Of a stretch of DNA of 64,000 nt, positions 8,666 through 18,117 are shown piece by piece. Where the stretch lies: positions 1 to 64,000 of IMG/VR virus record IMGVR_UViG_3300032323_003754; one strand, written 5' to 3'. Within the stretch, counting starts at the first letter, position 1, and the number at the start of each line of letters is the position of its first letter. Made by a program: the position numbers and the translations under genes. The notes under the pieces were generated by a model. The model did not search any database and was not told the DNA's origin. It saw only the letters and a program-made list of their open reading frames with translations. This DNA comes from a virus.

Positions 8666-9513
8666 TAAAAGGAATAGGTATGCCTTTCCCTGCTGAATAC
8701 TCCTCCTGCTCAAATATTAAACCTAATTTATTTTCTTGGACTAGTGGGGAATCTGACTTACATGTTTATATAGATGATAAGATAATAGATGGATTATCTA
8801 CACCTAGACATGATTTAAAATTCGGATGGCTTTGTGAATCCCCTGCAATAGCACAGGATATTCATAGTGTAATTAGGGAAAATCCACAAAGATTTAAAAA
8901 CAAATATGCTGGTATATTTACCTGTGATGAAAGCTTACTGGTAGATCCATTTTTTATCTATGCTCCTCCTGGATCTAATCTTCCATGGGTTAAACCTGAT
9001 GAAATGAATCTCTATGAAAAATCTAAGGTTTGTTCTATGATATCCTCCCCGAAAGCAAGAACACAGGGACATCAGTATAGATTAGAGATAGCTGGATTAC
9101 TTAAAAATAAATTGGATCTCTTCGGAGGTGCACACGGGTCTCCTAGAATTGGCGAGGGGTCCGGACCTAATCAAGACTGGTGGAGGTCTAAGTTACCTGC
9201 AATAAAAGACTATATGTTTTCTGTTGTTTTTGAGAACACCACACACGACAAATACTACACCGAAAAAATAACAGACTGCTTTGCAACGGGTACTATTCCT
9301 ATTTACTGGGGCACAAGAAAGATAGTAGAAGATTTTAATCCTGATGGAATTATATTCTATAACTCTTCTTTTTCTATTGACGATCTAAATTCTAATTTGT
9401 ATTACAATAAAATGAACGCAATAAAAGAGAATTTAGAAATAGTAAAATCTATGAAATCATCAGATGATATTATTTACGAAAAAATAAAAAAAATAAGGAA
9501 TGCAAAAAGATAA
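8656..9513 (+). CDS. GT10-family fucosyltransferase-like protein
   Basis: DYMFSVVFENT..DKYYTEKITDCFATGTIPIYWG matches the alpha-1,3-fucosyltransferase motif. Confidence 0.8.
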   Translation: MDMIKGIGMPFPAEYSSCSNIKPNLFSWTSGESDLHVYIDDKIIDGLSTPRHDLKFGWLCESPAIAQDIHSVIRENPQRFKNKYAGIFTCDESLLVDPFFIYAPPGSNLPWVKPDEMNLYEKSKVCSMISSPKARTQGHQYRLEIAGLLKNKLDLFGGAHGSPRIGEGSGPNQDWWRSKLPAIKDYMFSVVFENTTHDKYYTEKITDCFATGTIPIYWGTRKIVEDFNPDGIIFYNSSFSIDDLNSNLYYNKMNAIKENLEIVKSMKSSDDIIYEKIKKIRNAKR

Positions 9514-10138
9514 AACAATATTGGTAACATCTTTTTATATTCCCGAAAGAGAAGACAGGTTAAGGGAATTAGAATATTGTATTGATAGAAATAATAAAAA
9601 CACACTAATAGATTTAATAGTTCTTGTCGTAGAAGAGGGAACCCCTGAAAATCTAATTCCTGCTATAAAAAAGGCAAAAATAGAATGGGTCTCTAAAAGG
9701 CCAACATATCAGGATCTTTTTAATATTGCTCTGAACAATATAGAGGAATCAAAAGGATTCATGATAATAGCCAACAGCGATATCTTTTATATGAAAGAGG
9801 ATATTGCTAAGATGAAAGAAAGAATAGAGGATAAAGATGTCTTTGCTCTTTCCCGTTGGGAATTTAATTTTAGAAAACCTCATACACATCATGACACTTG
9901 GGATAGTCAAGACAGCTGGATTTTTAAAAATACGATTCTATCTGGTAACTATGATATAAAACTTGGAATTCCTGGATGCGACAATAAAATAGCATATGAA
10001 TTACAAGAAGCTGGACACACGATTAAAAACCCTTCTAAGTCTATAAGATCCTATCATTTTCATAAATCGGAATATAGGACATACGTTGAAGATGATAGAA
10101 TAGAAGAACCTTATTTATTTATTAATACCGAAGAATGA
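9500..10138 (+). CDS. Putative glycosyltransferase-related protein
   Basis: IIANSDI, ALSRWE, SQDSWIF, LGIPGCDN, YHFH pattern typical of viral GT-like proteins; operon context. Confidence 0.5.
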   Translation: MQKDKTILVTSFYIPEREDRLRELEYCIDRNNKNTLIDLIVLVVEEGTPENLIPAIKKAKIEWVSKRPTYQDLFNIALNNIEESKGFMIIANSDIFYMKEDIAKMKERIEDKDVFALSRWEFNFRKPHTHHDTWDSQDSWIFKNTILSGNYDIKLGIPGCDNKIAYELQEAGHTIKNPSKSIRSYHFHKSEYRTYVEDDRIEEPYLFINTEE

Positions 10139-10791
10139 GCAAAATAGATTTAAAAAGGATAACTGCAGTTTGCATAGATGGAAGACCTTACGATGAAGCA
10201 AGGTACGGGAGATATAATATTATTCTTAATTTCTTTCTTGCAAATATAGAATTTGGTTCGGTAAAAATGATAACAACACGCAATCCTGGTATAGAAGGAG
10301 TTTCGCATATTAAAATAGATGAGTTTGATATATCGGGTTATTCCAAATTCTGTCTGCATGAATTAACAAGACATGTTGATACAGAATTCTGTCTTATCTT
10401 CCAGGACGATGGATTTATTGTTAATCCAAACGCATGGAATGATTTATTTTATGATTATGATTATATAGGATCTCCCTGGCCACTTTACATGGGCTGGCCA
10501 AAAGAAGGACAACAAGTAGGTAACGGAGGATTTTCACTCAGAAGTAAAAAACTCCTCGAATTTACTAAGACATTCGCTGAACATTCCACACAGAACGAAG
10601 ATACCTATATAGTTTCAGATAGAAGGGAATCAGTAATTAATGCTGGATTAAAAATAGCTCCTGTTGAAATTGCTAGATTATTTTCAGTAGAAAACCCAAT
10701 TGATAATGAGCATAATATCAATACATGTTTCGGATTTCATAGCAAAAACAAGACAGAAGACGCGATCGAAAAAATAAACACACATGAGTAG
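10135..10791 (+). CDS. DUF5672-like putative glycosyltransferase
   Basis: LIFQDDG, YDYIGSPW, VGNGGFSLRS, NED, A..FSVE, FGFH. Confidence 0.75.
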   Translation: MSKIDLKRITAVCIDGRPYDEARYGRYNIILNFFLANIEFGSVKMITTRNPGIEGVSHIKIDEFDISGYSKFCLHELTRHVDTEFCLIFQDDGFIVNPNAWNDLFYDYDYIGSPWPLYMGWPKEGQQVGNGGFSLRSKKLLEFTKTFAEHSTQNEDTYIVSDRRESVINAGLKIAPVEIARLFSVENPIDNEHNINTCFGFHSKNKTEDAIEKINTHE

Positions 10792-11551
10792 AAAAATAAT
10801 AGAATGCATGCCATTTTTTAATGAACTAGATTTATTAGAAATGAGACTTGAAATAACCTCAGATTATGTAGATTATTGGGTAATTAGTGAATCTAATAGA
10901 ACTTTTTCTGAAATAGAAAAACCACTATACTTAAAAGAAAATTTAGATAAAAGATTTTCTAAATTTAAAGACCGTATAATAAGAGTTGAATATGAATGTA
11001 AATCTGGTCCTTGGTGGAATGAATTCGGTTCAAGAAACTGTTTAGGAAAATATGTATTAGAAAACTTTAATCAGGATGATTTAATAGTTCTAGCCGACTG
11101 TGATGAAATCCCAGATTATCGTAAAATAGATTTCAATTCTCAGTTTCCAGCAATAGTTGAGACTAAGGGTTATTATTACTATTTGAATTGCAAACAAAAT
11201 GAGAATTTTAGAATAGTATCAATATTCCCGGTATCCTATTTAAATGAGATAGAAACGTACAGGATGAGAGCATGTGCTGGTATGGATGTTCCCGTAATAG
11301 AAAATGCTGGATGGCATTGGAGTTTTTTAGGTGGTGCAGAAAAAATATCAGAAAAAATAAAAGCCTATGCACATCAAGACATGAATATCCCAGAATATTC
11401 CGATGTTGACAAAATAGAAAAGAGACTATCAGATCTTAGTGATGTATTTGATAGATCTTTAGGGTATAAGATAGTTGATATAGACGACACATTCCCTGAT
11501 TATGTTGTAAACAACCAAGAAAAATTATCGAATTTTATATTTAAAAAATGA
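10784..11551 (+). CDS. GT17-family (beta-1,4-GlcNAc transferase-like) glycosyltransferase
   Basis: FFNELDLLEMRL, VISESNRTFS..KP, ADCDEIP, GWHWSFLGG, KIKAYAH. Confidence 0.82.
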   Translation: MSRKIIECMPFFNELDLLEMRLEITSDYVDYWVISESNRTFSEIEKPLYLKENLDKRFSKFKDRIIRVEYECKSGPWWNEFGSRNCLGKYVLENFNQDDLIVLADCDEIPDYRKIDFNSQFPAIVETKGYYYYLNCKQNENFRIVSIFPVSYLNEIETYRMRACAGMDVPVIENAGWHWSFLGGAEKISEKIKAYAHQDMNIPEYSDVDKIEKRLSDLSDVFDRSLGYKIVDIDDTFPDYVVNNQEKLSNFIFKK

Positions 11552-12204
11552 ATTTAGAATGTGTAAAAATTCTTGAATCTATAAACGATTTAGATACCAA
11601 GGATAAATTAATAGAATGGGTTAGATCAACAGCCGGATCAAGTAACGTTGATTATTTTATGTGCGAAAAATCTGGGGGATTAAGATTACAACAGGTCCCT
11701 GAAGAATATGCTGCTGTTCTTTTCGAGATTAAATCCTTAAATCCAAAGTCATATTTAGAAATAGGAATAGGAAACGGGGGATCCTGGATGACTTGCTCTT
11801 ATTTTTTAAGACACAGTCTTGAAAAATCCAGAGCAGTTGATAATTTAGCATATTATCAGGCAATAGATCAAAAAATAGAAGAGATAGAATTTGTCGAAAG
11901 CTTTTTAAGATCCACGATAAATGATGTTTCTTTTTTTAATTCCGATTCTAAAATTTTTCTAGAGGGTCACGATGAAAAATATGATGTTATTTTCATAGAC
12001 GGAGATCACAGTTACGAGGGGGTTAAAAAAGATTTTTTAAAATGCCTAAGAAATATAAACCCGGAAGGTGCTATGATTTTTCATGATATAGCTTCCGTGG
12101 GTGCTCCTGGGGTTGTACAATTCTGGGAGGAAGTCAAGACCCAATACAAAAACAGGGAATTTATTCATAGCAATACCTGTGGTATGGGAATAATTTATTT
12201 TTAA
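11548..12204 (+). CDS. Class I SAM-dependent methyltransferase (Methyltransf_24-like)
   Basis: YLEIGIGNGGS, YDVIFIDGDHSYEGVKKD, IFHDI, GV..FW. Confidence 0.85.
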   Translation: MNLECVKILESINDLDTKDKLIEWVRSTAGSSNVDYFMCEKSGGLRLQQVPEEYAAVLFEIKSLNPKSYLEIGIGNGGSWMTCSYFLRHSLEKSRAVDNLAYYQAIDQKIEEIEFVESFLRSTINDVSFFNSDSKIFLEGHDEKYDVIFIDGDHSYEGVKKDFLKCLRNINPEGAMIFHDIASVGAPGVVQFWEEVKTQYKNREFIHSNTCGMGIIYF

Positions 12205-12210
12205 AAACAA

Positions 12211-12822
12211 ATGGCAACATTAACAGTAGTAGTAGCATCTTATAAGTACGGACATCTAGCAGCTCATTGTTTAGAAAGTTTGCAGTCTCAGTCAGTCTAT
12301 CCAGACGAGGTGCTATTCGTCGATGATGGTGTTGGTGATTGTTTACATCTGCCTAAAATTTATAAAGATGTCAAATATACATTCAGAGAAAAAAACCTAG
12401 GCGTTATAGATAACTTTCAGGATATGCTTTCGAAGGTTAAAACCGATAAATGTATGTTTTTAGGTGCAGATAACTGGTTAAGATCTAATGCTATAGAAAT
12501 CTTACTAAAACCTAAGACCGACATAGTTTGTTATGACATAATATTAACAGGACCTAAAAAGGAAGATATAGCGCATAACTATGGATATCAAAAAAAGATC
12601 TATGGCGATTATTATTGGTCAAGATTTGGTCAACATCACGGATCAATGGTTTACAATACTGAGATGGCAAAATCTGTTGGTGGATACAGAGGACATAACG
12701 GAAGAAACTCAAACGAAGATGAAAATCTATGGTCAGATCTATTAAAAGCCGGTGCAACAGTGAAACACATAAAACAAGGATTACTTTACTACAGAAGACA
12801 CCATCAAAATTATAATCAGTAA
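12211..12822 (+). CDS. GT2-family glycosyltransferase
   Basis: TVVVASYKYG, EVLFVDDG, NLG, FLGADN, GGY, ED..LW, YYRRH. Confidence 0.8.
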   Translation: MATLTVVVASYKYGHLAAHCLESLQSQSVYPDEVLFVDDGVGDCLHLPKIYKDVKYTFREKNLGVIDNFQDMLSKVKTDKCMFLGADNWLRSNAIEILLKPKTDIVCYDIILTGPKKEDIAHNYGYQKKIYGDYYWSRFGQHHGSMVYNTEMAKSVGGYRGHNGRNSNEDENLWSDLLKAGATVKHIKQGLLYYRRHHQNYNQ

Positions 12823-12827
12823 ATTAT

Positions 12828-13457
12828 ATGTACAGTCAATTAGGAGAAGACGAGATAATATTAAAATATTTCTCGGATTTTAAAGAAAAATACGGCTCAT
12901 TTCTATCTAATAATATTTTAGATATAGGAGCTAATGATGGGATTACCATATCAAATACCAGAGCCCTTATATTAAAATATGGGGAGATAAAAGGATACTT
13001 TGTAGAACCTAATCCTATATGTTTTGAAAAGTTAAGAGAATTATACGGTGAATCTCATAATATTTACAATTTTGCAATATCCGATAGTGAAGGTAGAATG
13101 GAAATGTATTGCAACGGCAGTCATTTATCTAGTTCTGATAATGGATTATTATCAACCCTTGTTTTAGAAGAAACTAAAAGATGGGGAGATGAAAAATGGG
13201 ATCTAGTAGAGGTTGATGTTAAAAGATATCCATTCGGCGAAATAAACTTTGATTTTATATCAATTGATACCGAGGGTATGGACGAAACCATTCTTTTTCA
13301 AATTGATCTATTAAAAACGTGGATGCTTTGTATAGAATGGAATTCAAATCAGGAAAGAAAAAACACAATAGATAATTACTGTAAAAAATTCTCCATGAAT
13401 CTTCTGCATGAAAATGACATAAATCTTATTTATACCAAAACACCTAATGGGTTTTAA
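12828..13457 (+). CDS. FkbM-family methyltransferase
   Basis: MYSQLGED, LDIGANDG..ISNT, VEPNP, FDFISIDTEG. Confidence 0.85.
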   Translation: MYSQLGEDEIILKYFSDFKEKYGSFLSNNILDIGANDGITISNTRALILKYGEIKGYFVEPNPICFEKLRELYGESHNIYNFAISDSEGRMEMYCNGSHLSSSDNGLLSTLVLEETKRWGDEKWDLVEVDVKRYPFGEINFDFISIDTEGMDETILFQIDLLKTWMLCIEWNSNQERKNTIDNYCKKFSMNLLHENDINLIYTKTPNGF

Positions 13458-13479
13458 TTCTGTTAATAAAAAAACAAAG

Positions 13480-14415
13480 ATGAAAAAGAAAATTGCAATA
13501 TTTGGAGGGACTGGTTTAGTTGGATCTAGTTTGGTTAAAAAATTAGACACTAAAAAATACGAGGTTTATGCCCCGACCCGGGCGGATTTGGATCTATTTG
13601 ATGGTAAAAAAGTATCAGACTGGTTTACAGAAAACAAGGTAGAACATGTAATATTAGCAGCAGCAAGAGTTGGAGGCATAGTTGCTAATTCTACATACCC
13701 AACTGAATTTCTGTATGAGAATTTAAGTATACAAAATAACATCATAATGTCCGCTTTAAAAAGTGGAGTTGAAAATCTTATATTTTTAGGCTCATCTTGC
13801 ATATACCCAAGGGAATGTCCTCAGCCAATTAGAGAAGAATATCTTTTAACCGGACCTTTAGAAAAAACAAATAAGTCTTATGCTCTTGCAAAAATTGCAG
13901 GAATACAGCTTTGCGATTCTATAAGGGAGCAGTATAGAAAAAATTATTATTCTCTAATGCCGTGTAATCTTTATGGACCTGGTGATAACTTTGATTTAAA
14001 TGCATCTCATGTTATTCCGGGAATGATCCGAAAAATAGAGAATGCTAGAGATAATAATGAACCAACACTTAAATTACTAGGAACTGGAAGACCCCTCAGA
14101 GAATTTCTTTATATCGAAGATCTAGCAGATGGCGTGATATTTATGCTAGAAAATTATAAAGGAACTGAAGGATTAATTAACGTGGGAAGCGGGACTGAAG
14201 TATCCATAAAAGATCTAGCAAATATAGTTGCTCGTTCCATAGGATACAAAGGAGAAATTCTATTTGATACTGAGGGATTAGACGGAACCCCTAGAAAAAT
14301 AATGGACAATTCAAAGATAGAATCTTTAGGTTGGAAACCTAAAATGACCCTAGAAATGGGAATAGAAGAAACCATTAAATGGTATTGGGATAATAAAGAT
14401 AAAGTTAGAAAATGA
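13480..14415 (+). CDS. fcl: GDP-L-fucose synthase
   Basis: [58 protein letters not shown]; likely start MKKKIAIF at 13480 (ORF open from 13447). Confidence 0.93.
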   Translation: MKKKIAIFGGTGLVGSSLVKKLDTKKYEVYAPTRADLDLFDGKKVSDWFTENKVEHVILAAARVGGIVANSTYPTEFLYENLSIQNNIIMSALKSGVENLIFLGSSCIYPRECPQPIREEYLLTGPLEKTNKSYALAKIAGIQLCDSIREQYRKNYYSLMPCNLYGPGDNFDLNASHVIPGMIRKIENARDNNEPTLKLLGTGRPLREFLYIEDLADGVIFMLENYKGTEGLINVGSGTEVSIKDLANIVARSIGYKGEILFDTEGLDGTPRKIMDNSKIESLGWKPKMTLEMGIEETIKWYWDNKDKVRK

Positions 14416-15419
14416 AAACAGCGTTAATCACAGGGGTAAATGGACAGGATGGATCATATTTAGCAGAGTTACTTCTGAATAAAGGGTATATGGTTCATGG
14501 CACGATTAGAAGATCCTCGTCGTTCAATTCGGGAAGAATCGAGCATTTCAGAGAGCATCCTAATTTTAAAAGACACTATATGGATCTAACTGATTCGGGA
14601 AACGTCTCCCATATAATTTCACAACTAAAACCTGACGAGATCTATAATTTAGCTGCTCAGAGCCATGTTAAAATCTCCTTTGATATTCCAAATTATACTG
14701 GACAGGTTGATGCTATGGGAACACTAAATGTTCTGGAAGCAATCAGAACACATTCCCCAAATTCTAAATTATATCAGGCTTCTACGTCAGAATTATATGG
14801 TAAGGTTCAAGAAACCCCCCAGAAAGAAACAACCCCATTCTATCCTAGATCTCCGTATGGAGTTGCTAAATTATATGGATATTGGATTGTTAAAAATTAT
14901 AGAGAATCATATAATCTTTTTGCATGCAATGGAATTCTTTTTAATCACACATCACCACGTAGGGGTGAAAACTTCGTAGAAAAAAAAATTATAGATTCTC
15001 TTTGTCAAATCAAAAAAGGAAAAGTAGACATATTAACATTGGGTAACCTTTCTGCTCGTAGAGATATAGGACATGCAAAAGAATATGTTGAAGGAATGTG
15101 GAGAATGTTACAATTAGATTCTCCGGAAGATTTTGTTCTAGCAACTGGCGAGACATATTCCATTAAAGAAATGGTTAATATGGTGTGTAAAAAACTCGAT
15201 TTAGATATAGAATGGAAAGAAGGAGGGGAACAAGAAATTGCAATAAACAAATCCACTGGTAGGGTTATTATAGGAATAGATCCTAAATATTATAGACCAG
15301 CAGAGGTTGAGATTTTACAGGGAGATGCTTCTAAAGCTAAATCGCTATTAGGATGGGAACCAAAACTATCTCTGTCAGAAATATTTGATGAGATGATAGC
15401 AGAATCACTAAAGGATTAG
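14412..15419 (+). CDS. gmd: GDP-mannose 4,6-dehydratase
   Basis: [62 protein letters not shown]. Confidence 0.95.
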   Translation: MKTALITGVNGQDGSYLAELLLNKGYMVHGTIRRSSSFNSGRIEHFREHPNFKRHYMDLTDSGNVSHIISQLKPDEIYNLAAQSHVKISFDIPNYTGQVDAMGTLNVLEAIRTHSPNSKLYQASTSELYGKVQETPQKETTPFYPRSPYGVAKLYGYWIVKNYRESYNLFACNGILFNHTSPRRGENFVEKKIIDSLCQIKKGKVDILTLGNLSARRDIGHAKEYVEGMWRMLQLDSPEDFVLATGETYSIKEMVNMVCKKLDLDIEWKEGGEQEIAINKSTGRVIIGIDPKYYRPAEVEILQGDASKAKSLLGWEPKLSLSEIFDEMIAESLKD

Positions 15420-15649
15420 TGATTAGTGTTTGATACAATTTCATTTGCCTTTATTAAATCATCTAGTGTTTTAACTTCGTATTTAGTTTGCCCGGGTACA
15501 CCCCAATCTTTTTGTTCACCCCAATTAATAAATCCCTGATGTGTAATATGGTTTCCTGAATTATAGGAAAAATCATGATTTCCCTCTTTAGCTGAAGATT
15601 TTTCAAACTCGTTTCTTGAGCTAATGTTTTTATATCCGTATTTTTCCAT
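15416..15649 (-). CDS. Small hypothetical protein
   Basis: Start overlaps the upstream stop (TAATG coupling at 15649). Confidence 0.55.
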   Translation of the reverse strand: MEKYGYKNISSRNEFEKSSAKEGNHDFSYNSGNHITHQGFINWGEQKDWGVPGQTKYEVKTLDDLIKANEIVSNTNH

Positions 15650-16227
15650 TATTTCTTTTTCTTTCTTAGGTTAGCCTTTGCTTGTTTATAAAGTGCTTTA
15701 TCACCCATTTTGGTGGTCTTACCCCCGGTAACAAAAGAATTAACCCTTGCCATTGCCCATTGCTGGGGATTAGTTCCTGGAATATGTCCTATTTTCCATG
15801 CTGCGTACCCTCTTTTCCATACCTTCTTTAAAATCCCTAAAGGAAATCTAGTTTTTTCTGATTTCTTTTTAAGTGCTTTATTTACTGGACTAGAAACAGA
15901 ATCTACACCTTCATTAAGGTTATCTAGATTATATTCTTCATTTAGCTCGTTAAAAACCTCCCAAGCTGCAATTTCCGCTGCTTCTACAAAAGAATCAAAT
16001 CCTAATAGTTCGTTGTTTTCACTTTCTCCAAACATTTTCTTGTATTTATTCGTGTATTGGCTGGTTTTAGTAGCAACCTTCTTACCCTTACCTGCCTTGC
16101 CTGACTTATAATCTGCGTCCCATTCAGTATACGCCGAGGGATCATTATCTGCTTTATCTTTATTTTTTTTAATTTCCCTTTTCATTATTCTGGGATTTTT
16201 GGATAAATATTTCTTAGGAACTTTCAT
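15649..16227 (-). CDS. Basic protein with DUF5824-like C-terminal domain
   Basis: ILKKVWKRGYAAWKIGHIPGTNPQQWAMARVNSF motif, recalled from giant viruses and large phages; AATATATA just upstream (16233-16240, minus). Confidence 0.65.
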   Translation of the reverse strand: MKVPKKYLSKNPRIMKREIKKNKDKADNDPSAYTEWDADYKSGKAGKGKKVATKTSQYTNKYKKMFGESENNELLGFDSFVEAAEIAAWEVFNELNEEYNLDNLNEGVDSVSSPVNKALKKKSEKTRFPLGILKKVWKRGYAAWKIGHIPGTNPQQWAMARVNSFVTGGKTTKMGDKALYKQAKANLRKKKK

Positions 16228-16313
16228 AATTCTATATATTCAGGTTTATCCTGAAATAATTCCTAATTATTTTCTATAATAAAATAACAGCAAGTAAATC
16301 GCCTTAGCGGACC

Positions 16314-16958
16314 ATGTTTAAAAAGCTAAAGAAAATAATCAGTATTATGACAGAAAAAGATCTTTCCGAGCTGAAGGAAGAATACGGAAAGTATTCCTAT
16401 CAGTGGATAAAGGGTGATAATCTATCTATGACTCAACATTATTCAGATATAGTGGAAGAGGGAGATAAAAGATACATCATCTTTACCGATAAAAGTAGAA
16501 TATCCCTGGATCTTCTAGATGAATATATGATTAAGGTAGAAAGGGGGTTTGAAGAGGGAATTAAGCTTAATTTAAACTCAATCGAAACCATTAAGGAAAC
16601 AGTCCAGGTGGAGGAGGATTTTACTAGAAATAAAGGAGTTAAGACCAGAGATATCTCTTACGAATCTGTCGGGGTTAAAAGTTCAGATAGTCCTATTTTC
16701 TCCCTTCTTTCTAAACAGAAGGAAAACTGGGTGGATGTCGATCTTAAATTGACAATTAATTTACCCCCTAAGAGTCTCTGGGATGTTCTAATGGGATCTT
16801 TTGATGATGCGGAAAAAGATATCCTTGAATATGTCACAAAAGATCTTGATATAGAAGTAGTAAGGCAATCCTTGAGGGAATCTATAAAAGAGATATATAA
16901 AAAAAATAAAAGCATTCCACTAAAAAATGTCAGATCCCAAGATTCTATTTCAGAATAA
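16314..16958 (+). CDS. Hypothetical protein
   Basis: 214 aa ORF heading a co-oriented run. Confidence 0.7.
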   Translation: MFKKLKKIISIMTEKDLSELKEEYGKYSYQWIKGDNLSMTQHYSDIVEEGDKRYIIFTDKSRISLDLLDEYMIKVERGFEEGIKLNLNSIETIKETVQVEEDFTRNKGVKTRDISYESVGVKSSDSPIFSLLSKQKENWVDVDLKLTINLPPKSLWDVLMGSFDDAEKDILEYVTKDLDIEVVRQSLRESIKEIYKKNKSIPLKNVRSQDSISE

Positions 16959-17445
16959 CTATATAGAGGTTATAGAAAATAAAGGCATTGTTGGAATTAA
17001 ACAAAAAACTCCATCAGTAATTATACTTCCATACACCACGGACGAAGCAGGTAACCCTAGATCATTAGGACTAATAGCAGAGCCCTCTTCTATTAAGGAA
17101 GAAAAAATAACACACACCATTATAACTGGTAGCCCAGAAGATTCCGATGTTGATATTTTAGCCACTGCTAAAAGAGAACTAAAGGAAGAATCCGGATACG
17201 AAGTCGAAGACACGGAAAAATGGGATTTTTTAGGAAATATACAGACCTCTAAGTTAATTGTTAATGGAAATCCAGCTTTTGGTGTAGATGTTACTGATCT
17301 ACAAAATAAGGAAAAATCAGGGGATGGATCGGATAAAGAAGAAAATACTAAATTTTCTTTAATTCCTGTAAATGACGCGATAAATCTTGATGATGCTTTA
17401 ATTTCCTGCTTATTTCTAAAAATATTTCAAAATAAATTAATTTAA
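16927..17445 (+). CDS. Nudix hydrolase
   Basis: Nudix box variant GSPEDSDVDILATAKRELKEESGY. Confidence 0.8.
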   Translation: MSDPKILFQNNYIEVIENKGIVGIKQKTPSVIILPYTTDEAGNPRSLGLIAEPSSIKEEKITHTIITGSPEDSDVDILATAKRELKEESGYEVEDTEKWDFLGNIQTSKLIVNGNPAFGVDVTDLQNKEKSGDGSDKEENTKFSLIPVNDAINLDDALISCLFLKIFQNKLI

Positions 17446-17450
17446 ACTAT

Positions 17451-17744
17451 ATGTTCAACCAAATTCCTTCGAGAAAAGAAAGAAGAGCCCTTGCTAAAAA
17501 ACTAGGATTAACCGGTAAAAAAGAATCTTTAAAACAATATGTTGAAAGAATCGGGAGAGCTCAAGAATTCGGAAAACAAATACATTTACAACATTTACAA
17601 AATCAAGAGAATTTAAGAATCAATTCAGAAGCAAATTTAGAAGAAAATAAGGAGCAATTACCATCGGAACCCACTAACTCTCCAAATTGGGGATTAGAAG
17701 ATTTTAAACAACAAGTCATAAGTGGAGAAAATCCAGAAGCCTAA
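17451..17744 (+). CDS. Hypothetical protein
   Basis: 97 aa; basic N-terminal SRKERRALAKKLG. Confidence 0.6.
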   Translation: MFNQIPSRKERRALAKKLGLTGKKESLKQYVERIGRAQEFGKQIHLQHLQNQENLRINSEANLEENKEQLPSEPTNSPNWGLEDFKQQVISGENPEA

Positions 17745-18063
17745 AAGAACTACCCTTAAAATACATCTAACGGCGCTTTCTTATCGGGAAATCAAGAAAA
17801 CCTTGATCGATAATGAGAAAGTCTCTTATATTGATGTTACTAAGATTATTACCGACAGTTTTGGTGATAAGGATCTTAGTGATATCCAATACTGGATTTT
17901 AAACCAAATGATAGTAAAAAAGATAGAATCGTTTAAATCCACCAACACCAACCGCATTTTTATTACTATAAAAGACCCTAATAAGGGTTCGGTTAAGACA
18001 TTCAAAGAGCTTCTCTCCGAAGCTAAGCTATCCCCCGCACAAGTAGAAATTTACAGCATTTAA
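17722..18063 (+). CDS. Hypothetical protein
   Basis: 113 aa ORF, GTG start overlapping the previous gene. Confidence 0.55.
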   Translation: MEKIQKPKRTTLKIHLTALSYREIKKTLIDNEKVSYIDVTKIITDSFGDKDLSDIQYWILNQMIVKKIESFKSTNTNRIFITIKDPNKGSVKTFKELLSEAKLSPAQVEIYSI

Positions 18064-18091
18064 TTTTTTTAGACACTTCCTGTAATACGGG

Positions 18092-18099
18092 AATATATA
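18092..18099 (+). promoter_or_regulatory. Putative late promoter AATATATA heading the baseplate operon
   Basis: 18 nt upstream of the ATG at 18118. Confidence 0.55.
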
Positions 18100-18117
18100 A
18101 TTAAAATAAAGTTGTAA

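Noticed and set aside
6941-15419. Bacterial O-antigen/capsule locus
   Set aside because: No wzx/wzy/wza or initiating transferase; flanked by phage-type genes and shares the phage promoter motif.
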